A stretch of 25,903 nt of DNA. It comes from Candidatus Fraserbacteria bacterium (GTDB taxonomy: Bacteria; Bipolaricaulota; Bipolaricaulia; RBG-16-55-9). Positions 1-7,539 of the stretch are shown here, one piece after another. A program made the position numbers and the translations under genes. The stretch spans positions 47,196 through 73,098 of the forward strand of contig JBBIOR010000008.1 of the NCBI GenBank assembly GCA_037443265.1, given 5' to 3'. The number at the start of each line of letters is the position of its first letter. Positions within the stretch are counted from its first letter, which is position 1. The notes beneath the pieces were generated by a model that ran no database searches, had not been told where the DNA came from, and worked only from the letters and a program-made list of their open reading frames with translations.

Positions 1-86
1 AGGGCTTGGCCCGGGCAGGGTGTGATTTGAGGACGCGGTTCGAGGCTGCAGGCCAAGCCCCCCCCCTTATGAGAACCCGGAGACTC

Positions 87-115
87 ATCTTAGCTTAGAA
101 AGGCGCCTTTGTCAA
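87..115 (-). promoter_or_regulatory. sigma70-type promoter TTGACA-N17-TAAGAT firing leftwards out of the window
   Basis: Reverse strand reads TTGACA (115-110), 17 nt, then TAAGAT (92-87); an A/T-rich tract lies upstream at ~139-148. Confidence 0.65.
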
Positions 116-166
116 TCCCCACCTTGGGGAAAGGCCTCTTTATTTTAAGCCTCGCGAGCCACAGCG

Positions 167-1186
167 CTACTCTCTCTCTTCTATAGCCTTGGTAGAGTCG
201 AAGGAGCCGGAAGCGCGATACCATTCCAGGGCCAGCTTAAGCCCCCGCTCCAAGGGCATTTGGGGCCGGTAGCCAAGCTCACGGGCGGCCTTGGAGATAT
301 CAAAGTGACGGTGATGTCCCATGGCTTTGATCACTTCCCAGCGCAAGATGGGGGAAGCAGGCAGCTTGAGCCAAGAGTTCAGGCCGCTGACCAGTACGGC
401 CATCCCATACGCCAGGGAGTAAGGCACACTCAGATACTGAGGGCTCCTCCCCAGAAGGCCGGCCAAGGCATCAATGATCTCATAGAGAGTGCGCCGAGTC
501 CCGTCCGTGATGTTATAGGCCTGGCCGATCGCTTCCGGCTTCGCGGCCGCCAGACAGAGGGCTTCAGCCACGTCCCCTGCATAGACCAGATCTAAAAGCA
601 CTTGGCCTCCACAGATCAGCGGGGGTCGCCTAAGTGAGAGGAGTTGGAGCACCGTCGGCATAAGATGTCGATCCCGCTCTCCATAGATGAGACAGGGCCT
701 GAGGATCACAACGGGCAGGCGATGTCTTTCATAATAGCGCATGACCACCCGCTCGGCCTCGATCTTGGACCACGAATAGAGGCCATCGGCTCTAAGCGGA
801 GTAGATTCATCGGCCGCATCGTAGTGATCGTAGCCGTAGACGTCCACCGTGCTCACGTGGACGAATCGTTCAATCTCAGCGGCTAGAGCGGCTTGCAGCA
901 ATCTTTCGGTGCCCTCAACGTTATCGCGGTAGAACTCTTTCAGGGTGCCGCCCAGAGGGGGCCGGGCCGCACAGTGATAGACGATCTCGATCCCCAAGGC
1001 AGCCCTCTTAAGACTCGCCAGATCACTCAGATCGCCATAGAAGATCTCAACGCCCTGTTCCTTGAGAAACGCCGCTTGACTGCGGGGACGAACGAGCACA
1101 CGGACCCTATCGCCTCGGGCGTGGAGTTTCTCCACCAAATGACTGCCGACTAGGCCCGTCGCCCCCGTCACCAACGCTCTTCTCAT
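167..1186 (-). CDS. NAD-dependent epimerase/dehydratase (extended SDR, 3-beta-HSD-like)
   Basis: ALVTGATGLVG Rossmann motif, HVST, catalytic YSWSK (YxxxK), LRPCLIYG. Start set at ATG 1186 (MRRALV); the ORF track extends to 1234. Confidence 0.9.
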   Translation of the reverse strand: MRRALVTGATGLVGSHLVEKLHARGDRVRVLVRPRSQAAFLKEQGVEIFYGDLSDLASLKRAALGIEIVYHCAARPPLGGTLKEFYRDNVEGTERLLQAALAAEIERFVHVSTVDVYGYDHYDAADESTPLRADGLYSWSKIEAERVVMRYYERHRLPVVILRPCLIYGERDRHLMPTVLQLLSLRRPPLICGGQVLLDLVYAGDVAEALCLAAAKPEAIGQAYNITDGTRRTLYEIIDALAGLLGRSPQYLSVPYSLAYGMAVLVSGLNSWLKLPASPILRWEVIKAMGHHRHFDISKAARELGYRPQMPLERGLKLALEWYRASGSFDSTKAIEERE

Positions 1187-1238
1187 GGCAGGCACCGGTC
1201 GAAGAGTAGCATCCCATGAGCCTCCGACGCACATTCTC

Positions 1239-2606
1239 TTAGCGGGCTTGGAGGGCTCTCATGGCGATCTTCGCAAGCAGCCTGACGCCCAGCTCCAGGC
1301 TCTCCACATCAATGCGCTCGTTGTCGTTGTGAATGAGCTTACTACGCTCAGATAGACTCATCTTCGTGGAGAGCGGCTGGAACCCATAGGCGAGCGCGCC
1401 CAGCTCGCGGAGGAAGCGCGAATCCGTAGCGCCGGTCATGAGATACGGCACGGCGTCCACGCCCGGCAGTTCCTCTTGCACCGTCTGCTCGATGATCCTG
1501 TAAAATTCTGTATCGTAAGGCGACTCTGACACCTCGTGGAATTGCAGCGTCTCGATCTCGATACTCATACTCAGATCTTGGGCGATGGACTCTAAAAGCT
1601 TCTGGATTTGTGCGCGGGAGAAGCCGGGCACGAAGCGAAAATCCAGCACAAGATCACAGGAGTCTGGAATCACGTTCTCCTTGAGCCCGGCTTGAATCAT
1701 CGTCGGCGAGCAGGTCGTGCGAATGAACGCATTGACCAGGTAGGGATGGATGGGCGTGCCTGCCAGAAGCCCTTTCAGATCCACATCGGTGCCCTCTGCG
1801 CAGATGGCCTGGGCGATCTCACGGCCCTTGTTCCCCAGCGCGTCAGCGATCTTCTCGAAGAATGTGCGTACAGCGGGGGAGATGATCTTTGGAAATTTAT
1901 GCCGGGCGATGCGATCAATGAGGCGCGCGCCCTTGACTAGAGCGTTATCGTCGTGGGGCATGGAGCCGTGGCCGGCGGTCCCCCTTACGCGCACTCTCAC
2001 CCACCAGAGGCCCTTCTCGATCGCCTCAATCGTGTAGAAGACTCTTCGATTGATCTCTAGAGGCATGCCGCCGCCTTCGTTGATGATGAAGTCCGCACAG
2101 ACCTTCTCTCTATGAGCTTGAGCCAGCCAGGCCGCGCCGTATGTGCCGCCCTTCTCTTCATCGGCCACGGCGAGAAGGATCAATTCGCCGGCGAAATCTA
2201 AATTCATGCGCTTAAAGAGGGCGAAAGCGACGGCCTCCACGGCCGTCATGGATTTCATGTCGAGCGCGCCTCTGCCCCAGACATAGCCCTCTTGGATCGC
2301 CCCACTGAACGGTGGATACTTCCAATGGTGGGGATGGGCGACGGGCACGACGTCCGTGTGCGAAAGCAGCATCAATTTCGGGCCGGGCTTTGAGCCCTTA
2401 AGCCGGGCCAGCAGATTACTCCGGCCCGGCTCCTTCTCTAGAATTTCAGACGAGATGCCCTCTTTCCTGAAGAATTTCTGGAGATATTCGGCGGCCGCCC
2501 GCTCATGGCCCGGCGGGTTTGTCGTGTCGATCTGGAGAAGCTCCGATAGGATTTGAACGGCTTCCTGGCCGCACTCCTGCCAATTCACATCTGCCACCTT
2601 GGACAT
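1239..2606 (-). CDS. M20/M25/M40 family metallo-hydrolase (ArgE/DapE-like peptidase)
   Basis: SHTDVVP, GRGALDMK, DEEKGG, NEGG, GHGSMP, GATD and HNDNER motifs; SD AAGGAGG precedes ATG 2606. Confidence 0.92.
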   Translation of the reverse strand: MSKVADVNWQECGQEAVQILSELLQIDTTNPPGHERAAAEYLQKFFRKEGISSEILEKEPGRSNLLARLKGSKPGPKLMLLSHTDVVPVAHPHHWKYPPFSGAIQEGYVWGRGALDMKSMTAVEAVAFALFKRMNLDFAGELILLAVADEEKGGTYGAAWLAQAHREKVCADFIINEGGGMPLEINRRVFYTIEAIEKGLWWVRVRVRGTAGHGSMPHDDNALVKGARLIDRIARHKFPKIISPAVRTFFEKIADALGNKGREIAQAICAEGTDVDLKGLLAGTPIHPYLVNAFIRTTCSPTMIQAGLKENVIPDSCDLVLDFRFVPGFSRAQIQKLLESIAQDLSMSIEIETLQFHEVSESPYDTEFYRIIEQTVQEELPGVDAVPYLMTGATDSRFLRELGALAYGFQPLSTKMSLSERSKLIHNDNERIDVESLELGVRLLAKIAMRALQAR

Positions 2607-2644
2607 AGGGGACCTCCTTGGGATCACGGGGTACCAAACGAACT

Positions 2645-2673
2645 ATTGTAATCTAAAGAGGATTGTCCACCAA
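2645..2673 (-). promoter_or_regulatory. putative sigma70 promoter of the M20 peptidase-epimerase pair (TTGGTG-N17-TACAAT)
   Basis: Hexamers read on the reverse strand with 17-nt spacing, ~40 nt upstream of the start codon. Confidence 0.4.
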
Positions 2674-2725
2674 GGGTCCCCTTGTGGCTTGCGCTCGTTG
2701 CGGGAGTTTTCGTACCATCCCGCTG

Positions 2726-3469
2726 ATGAACGCGCAGAGGAGAATTGCTTTAGTCACCGGAGCCAGCCGCGGCATTGGCGCGGCTACGGCCATAGAACTG
2801 GCCCATCACGGCTGCGACGTGGCCGTCAATTGTCTCTCTCAAGCAGAGCGGGCCCATCAAGTCGTCGAGCAGATTGAAGCTCTCGGCCGAAGAGCAATCA
2901 TCCTCCAAGCCGACGTCTCCGACTACGAGCAAGCCCAGCGCATGGTGTGCGAGACGGTTGAAAGACTCGGTGGGCTGCACATCCTCGTCAATAACGCGGG
3001 CTACACGTCCCACGCGACGCTCGATCAGCTCTCTGTTGCTGACTGGCGCCGGATGCTGGCCGTTGTGCTCGACGGGGCGTTCTATTGCGCTCAGGCCGCC
3101 ACGCCCCACATGAAACAAGCGGGCTGGGGTCGAATTGTGAACGTCTGCTCGTTGCGCGCGCTTACGGGCTCCGACCACGGAGCCCATTATGCCTCGGCCA
3201 AGGCCGGCCTCATCGGCCTCACCAAATCGCTGGCCCTGGAGTTGGCCCCTGAGATCACCGTCAACGCTGTCGCCCCTGGCTATACAGATACAGAAATGAA
3301 TCGCAAAGCACTGGCCGAAAGGGGCGAGCAGATCCGCGCGCAGATCCCCCTAAGGCGCATCGCCCGCCCGGAGGAGATCGCCGCGGTCATCGCGTTTCTC
3401 TGTTCAGAGGAGGCCGGCTACATCACCGGCGAGACGATCAACGTCAATGGCGGCCTCTACATGCGTTAA
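2726..3469 (+). CDS. Short-chain dehydrogenase/reductase, FabG-like
   Basis: TGASRGIG, NNAG, YASAK and NAVAPG motifs; start set at ATG 2726 (MNAQRRIALV). Confidence 0.92.
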   Translation: MNAQRRIALVTGASRGIGAATAIELAHHGCDVAVNCLSQAERAHQVVEQIEALGRRAIILQADVSDYEQAQRMVCETVERLGGLHILVNNAGYTSHATLDQLSVADWRRMLAVVLDGAFYCAQAATPHMKQAGWGRIVNVCSLRALTGSDHGAHYASAKAGLIGLTKSLALELAPEITVNAVAPGYTDTEMNRKALAERGEQIRAQIPLRRIARPEEIAAVIAFLCSEEAGYITGETINVNGGLYMR

Positions 3470-3472
3470 GCT

Positions 3473-4093
3473 ATGAACGACTGGATGATCCCCTGGGCCT
3501 TTGCGGCCCCCTTTGTCACCCTCGGAGCGCAGCCCTGTGGGCGGATCGTAGTGCTTGCGCTGGCCGCATACGGCTTGGCTTTTCTGGCAACCCGCGTCCG
3601 TAGCTGCTGGGAGTGGGGCTTCGCTGTGAACGCTGGACTGCTCATCTTGCTGGCCGGCTTCAGCGTACAGACGATCTTTGTGGAACCCGTCGCTCCTGAG
3701 CAGCTCCGGACAGCCCAGAAGCTCGCTGCGGTGGGATTCCTCACTCTGGCCCTCTTGCCTTGGCTGCTAGGGGGAATCTCCTCGCTCCAGCGTCCGCTTC
3801 TCGGGGTTTGGGACGTGCTCTTTGGGCTGGCATACGCGCTGGGATTCATAAGTTGTGGACCCTACTTGGCCACCCTGAGCACCGGTGTTTCCGCCCGAGG
3901 CTGGCCGGGACTTGTCCCGCTCGCTGCCTATACACTGGGATTGCTGATCTTGACAAGTGTTCTTATGCTCCCCATCGCTCTGACTCATCATTTCCTATGG
4001 AGACGCACGCAACGCGCACGTTCATTTCAGCGTCTACAGATTCTTGGTCTTTCCGGGCTCGTCGCGGCCGGAATCCTTGGGCTCTGGAGATGA
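3473..4093 (+). CDS. Polytopic membrane protein, divergent CcdA/DsbD-transmembrane-like
   Basis: About 6 hydrophobic segments; N-terminal QPC and later FGLAYALGFISCGPYL...LAAYTLGL resemble the two Cys-bearing motifs of CcdA. Starts 3 nt after the SDR stop. Confidence 0.55.
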   Translation: MNDWMIPWAFAAPFVTLGAQPCGRIVVLALAAYGLAFLATRVRSCWEWGFAVNAGLLILLAGFSVQTIFVEPVAPEQLRTAQKLAAVGFLTLALLPWLLGGISSLQRPLLGVWDVLFGLAYALGFISCGPYLATLSTGVSARGWPGLVPLAAYTLGLLILTSVLMLPIALTHHFLWRRTQRARSFQRLQILGLSGLVAAGILGLWR

Positions 4094-4102
4094 TCATCAC
4101 GG

Positions 4103-5461
4103 CTACTTTCGCTCGCGGCTACCCGCCGGCTGCACGTTCGTCCCCAGCGAAGTGAGCTGAGCGAGGCCTGTGCCATCTGTCTTGACCTTCCAGATCTGGA
4201 AGGTCACGCCCCCGCTGGGGCGGTTGTTCACAAACGCGATCCATTCGCCGCTCGAATCCGCAAACCAGTGGGGATCGAACTCTCGAAAGCCCGAATCCGA
4301 GGCGTTGGGCAAGGGAGAGTTAGTGGTGCAGCTGTGGGTGACCAGATTCAAGCTACAGATGAAAATGTCCTCCGTGGCTCCGGGACTGGCCGCGAAGGCG
4401 ATCTTCGCGCCATCGGGCGACCAGGAAGGCCGCGAGACCCCAAAGCCAAGATCTGCTCCGGTGACTGCTAGGCCTGAGGGCCCTAGATCTAGCCCCACGG
4501 CCACATCATTGAACGTATTGCTCGTCAGCTTGGAGGCGGCCGCCACGTCGTTGTTCGCATCGAGCACCATCAGGAAGAGTTCAAAGTCGTTGCCACAATC
4601 GCTCAAGGAGGCTTTTCCGCCAGCGACGGCGATGGAATTGCAGTCGGCCGCGAAGGCAATGTGCGTTCCATCTGGCGAGATGGCCGGAGCCACGCTCTTT
4701 CCTCCGGAGGTGAGGGTGAGATTCTTCCTCCCCGTGCCGTCGGAGTTCATGAGGTAGATCTCCCAGCTCCCCGTCTGATTGGAGGCAAAGGCGATGAACG
4801 CGCCGTCCGGCGACCACGAGGGCTGGATCTCGTGGCTCATCGTCTGAGTCACGGTCAAGTTCGAGAGCAACGTCCCCTGGGAGCTCGAGGTGAAGATATC
4901 CATGGTTCCAGGGCTATCTCGATCTGAAGAGAAGGCCAGCCTGTCACGGGTGTTGGGGACTAAGCTGGGGAGCACGTCGTCCCGAGGAGCGGATGTGGTG
5001 GTGATTTGAGTGGGATTGTTGCCATCGGTGTCGATTCTGAAGATCTCGAAGCTGCTGCCGGTGCGGCGGTTAGACGAAAAATAGAGGCGGGAGCGCCCCA
5101 CGGTGATGAACACTTTGTCGCTGTCTTGGTTGCCGCGGTCGTCTGTCACCGTGAGCACGACTTTGAAGACCCCTTCCCTCTGGAATTTATGAGAGGCGGT
5201 CTGGCCACTGGCTGTGGGGCTCCCATCGTTGAAATTCCAACTGTATGTGACGATGGTGCCATCGGGATCGAAGGACTGAGAGCCATCAAATATCACCACA
5301 AGGGGAGCTTCGCCTGCCAGGGGCGAGGCATCGACGATGGCCACCGGAGGCTTGCCCAGCAAGGCACAGCTCGCGATCACCAGAGGAATCCCGACCACGA
5401 AGCATATCACAACGCGCCCACTCCTTGGATGCGGACGCCGAATCTTCAGCTCACCCTTCAT
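4103..5461 (-). CDS. Putative lipoprotein with PKD domain and TolB-like (PD40) beta-propeller
   Basis: Basic N-terminus, hydrophobic stretch, LVIASC lipobox-like motif; PKD (FDGSQSFDPDGTIVTYSWNFNDG...LTVTDDRG); repeated PSWSPDG..IAF; SD GAGGAGG. Confidence 0.85.
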   Translation of the reverse strand: MKGELKIRRPHPRSGRVVICFVVGIPLVIASCALLGKPPVAIVDASPLAGEAPLVVIFDGSQSFDPDGTIVTYSWNFNDGSPTASGQTASHKFQREGVFKVVLTVTDDRGNQDSDKVFITVGRSRLYFSSNRRTGSSFEIFRIDTDGNNPTQITTTSAPRDDVLPSLVPNTRDRLAFSSDRDSPGTMDIFTSSSQGTLLSNLTVTQTMSHEIQPSWSPDGAFIAFASNQTGSWEIYLMNSDGTGRKNLTLTSGGKSVAPAISPDGTHIAFAADCNSIAVAGGKASLSDCGNDFELFLMVLDANNDVAAASKLTSNTFNDVAVGLDLGPSGLAVTGADLGFGVSRPSWSPDGAKIAFAASPGATEDIFICSLNLVTHSCTTNSPLPNASDSGFREFDPHWFADSSGEWIAFVNNRPSGGVTFQIWKVKTDGTGLAQLTSLGTNVQPAGSRERK

Positions 5462-5605
5462 GAGGCCTCCTCGGTCGAATCATGGCATCTTATACTGCTT
5501 ACGCTAGGGGAAGACGGCCCGGTTCCCAAGGACCCCCGTACGACCCCTCCCTCCGTTTTGTCTGACTTAGGGGTGATGAGTGTCGAGGGGTGGTAGACTC
5601 AGGCG

Positions 5606-5631
5606 TGAAACTTTCCTCTGAGGTGAGTGTA
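5606..5631 (+). promoter_or_regulatory. ECF (SigW-like) promoter TGAAAC-N16-TGTA upstream of the ECF sigma gene
   Basis: One mismatch to the B. subtilis SigW consensus TGAAAC-N16-CGTA, 20 nt before the start codon; ECF sigmas are commonly autoregulated. Confidence 0.6.
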
Positions 5632-5651
5632 CATGGAGCGCGAAAGGACCC

Positions 5652-6206
5652 ATGATGGGTGAGGGAGAGCTAGAGCTCATTCAACAGGCGCTACAGGGAG
5701 ATATGGAAGCTTGGGGTGAGATCGTGCGCCGGTACAAAGAGGCCGTCTTCGGGGTCGCGCTGGGGATTATGGGCAACGCCGCCGATGCCGAAGATGTCGC
5801 TCAGGATGCGTTCATCCGCGCTTATGAGAACCTCCGCCGCTATGATCTTACGCGCAAATTTTCCACGTGGATCTTCACGATCGCGGCCAATATCTGCAAG
5901 AACAAGCTGCGGCGGGAGCGCTTCTTTGCCCCGCTTAAAGACGTCTCGCGCCTCGCCGGGGCCGGGGGAGATCCTGCCACTCAGGTTGCGCGCGAGCAGC
6001 GCCAGATGCTCGTGCAACAGGCACTGGCCGCCCTCGATGAGAAATACCGCGCGCCTTTGGTGCTCTACTACTACGCGGATCTCGAATACCAAGAGATCGC
6101 CCAGGCGCTGGGACTTCCGGAAGGCACGGTCAAGACCCGCATTCATCGAGCGAAACTGGCCCTGAAAGAGTGGTTGGCAGCGAAAGGAGTGAAAGGCAAT
6201 GCGTGA
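5652..6206 (+). CDS. ECF RNA polymerase sigma factor (RpoE/SigW-like)
   Basis: Region 2 (DAEDVAQDAFIRAY...FSTWIFTIAANIC) and region 4 HTH (YQEIAQALGLPEGTVKTRIHRAK). Confidence 0.95.
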   Translation: MMGEGELELIQQALQGDMEAWGEIVRRYKEAVFGVALGIMGNAADAEDVAQDAFIRAYENLRRYDLTRKFSTWIFTIAANICKNKLRRERFFAPLKDVSRLAGAGGDPATQVAREQRQMLVQQALAALDEKYRAPLVLYYYADLEYQEIAQALGLPEGTVKTRIHRAKLALKEWLAAKGVKGNA

Positions 6207-6756
6207 GAGCTTCTCCACTGAGGATGAGATCAGCCAGTTTCTTCGAGAAGGTCTCTCTCAGGCAGTCTCTGAGGAGCAGGAGCGCCTGGAGGGCCTGGAG
6301 CTTCGGGTGCTCCAAGCGCTCGAGAAGAGGCCGAGAGGAGCGGGTCGGTGGTTCTCCCCTCTGAGCTCGCTCACTCTTCGGCCAGCCCTGGCTCTGGCCA
6401 CAGCCGCCGCCATCTTCGCGCTGGGATTCCTGGTCGGCAACTGGATCGCCAACCCCCTCAAAGCCCAAGGTGTGGCCTTTGTGGTCTTCGAGCCCGCGGC
6501 CAAAGAAGTAGCTCTGCAGATCAGCTACCCGGTGGGAAAATACAAGGAATGGCAGGACATCCCGCTCCAGAACAGAAGCGGCCTCTGGTACATCCATCTG
6601 GAGCTGCCGCCGGGGACGTATGAGTATCGCTTCAAGATCGACGGAGCGTGGTGGGCCTATGATCCCGCCGCCAACTACTTCGTCAAGAGCGTAGACGACA
6701 CCATCAATGCCGTCCGAGAAGTGGGCCAGACGAAAGAGAAGAGGGATCACACATGA
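6199..6756 (+). CDS. Putative anti-sigma factor: cytoplasmic N-terminus, one TM helix, C-terminal CBM48/AMPK-beta-like glycogen-binding domain
   Basis: Overlaps the sigma stop; TM ALALATAAAIFALGFLVG; GLWYIHLELPPGTYEYRFKIDGAWWAYDP is the CBM48/E-set signature. Confidence 0.8.
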   Translation: MRESFSTEDEISQFLREGLSQAVSEEQERLEGLELRVLQALEKRPRGAGRWFSPLSSLTLRPALALATAAAIFALGFLVGNWIANPLKAQGVAFVVFEPAAKEVALQISYPVGKYKEWQDIPLQNRSGLWYIHLELPPGTYEYRFKIDGAWWAYDPAANYFVKSVDDTINAVREVGQTKEKRDHT

Positions 6757-7517
6757 TTCGTGCCCCCGTCGGTCTGGCTCTACTCTGGATGCTTTGGGTT
6801 GGGGTCCCTACGGGCGCTCAGTCCGCTCAGGACGTCTGTTCTTTCATCAACGAAGAGCTGAGTGTCTCGGAGGGACTGAAGAACACCCTGTGTCAGGATT
6901 TTCAAGCGGGAATCGAGCGAGGCCACATTCAGCCCGCGCGGGCCCTGGATCTCTTAAAGGCCGTCGACGAGCGCCTGAGCGAGAGTACCCGGGCCTCCGC
7001 GGAGAACATCCTCGGCACCATCGGGTTTACCATCAACCCGGCCAAGGGGGATCTTTCGGCTGAGCTTCTGATCCGTCGCGTCTTAGAACTCTTCAGCCGG
7101 GAGCAGAGCAAGGGCGAGCTGATGAATCTGGTCGCCCAAGAGGTCCGCACCCTCAGTCAGACGCTCCAAAGCGTGGCTCAGGTCTACCGCGGACTGGGAA
7201 TCTCCCTGGAGCCAAACGTCTCGAAGAAGAACCTCCAGACGGATTTTGGAGAGATTGAACTCACCGTCGGTCGAGTCGACACGGTCATTACAGCCACGGC
7301 CATTGCCCTCGATCGCTTCGAACGCAAGCTCGATCGTCAACTGGATGATTCTGCGGGCATGAAGAGCGAGGTGCTCAAGGAGCTGCGCGCGCCCTCGTTC
7401 AGCGGGGCCGTGGCACTCCCCAATGAGCTCATTCAGTACATCGAGGCCCACACCAGTGGAGCGGAGTGGGTCCCCATCGTCCGTCAACTGGCCGCAGGGC
7501 GCGGCCGAAGCTCATGA
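6753..7517 (+). CDS. Secreted hypothetical protein, predicted alpha-helical
   Basis: ATGA overlap with the previous gene, signal peptide (…VPTGA-Q), N-terminal Cys pair; no family recognised. Confidence 0.75.
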   Translation: MIRAPVGLALLWMLWVGVPTGAQSAQDVCSFINEELSVSEGLKNTLCQDFQAGIERGHIQPARALDLLKAVDERLSESTRASAENILGTIGFTINPAKGDLSAELLIRRVLELFSREQSKGELMNLVAQEVRTLSQTLQSVAQVYRGLGISLEPNVSKKNLQTDFGEIELTVGRVDTVITATAIALDRFERKLDRQLDDSAGMKSEVLKELRAPSFSGAVALPNELIQYIEAHTSGAEWVPIVRQLAAGRGRSS

Positions 7518-7539
7518 TCCGCAACAGGAGGGATCTATA

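Noticed and set aside
4103..5461. Calling this gene tolB
   Set aside because: It lacks the TolB N-terminal domain and tolQRA/pal context, and has a PKD domain instead.
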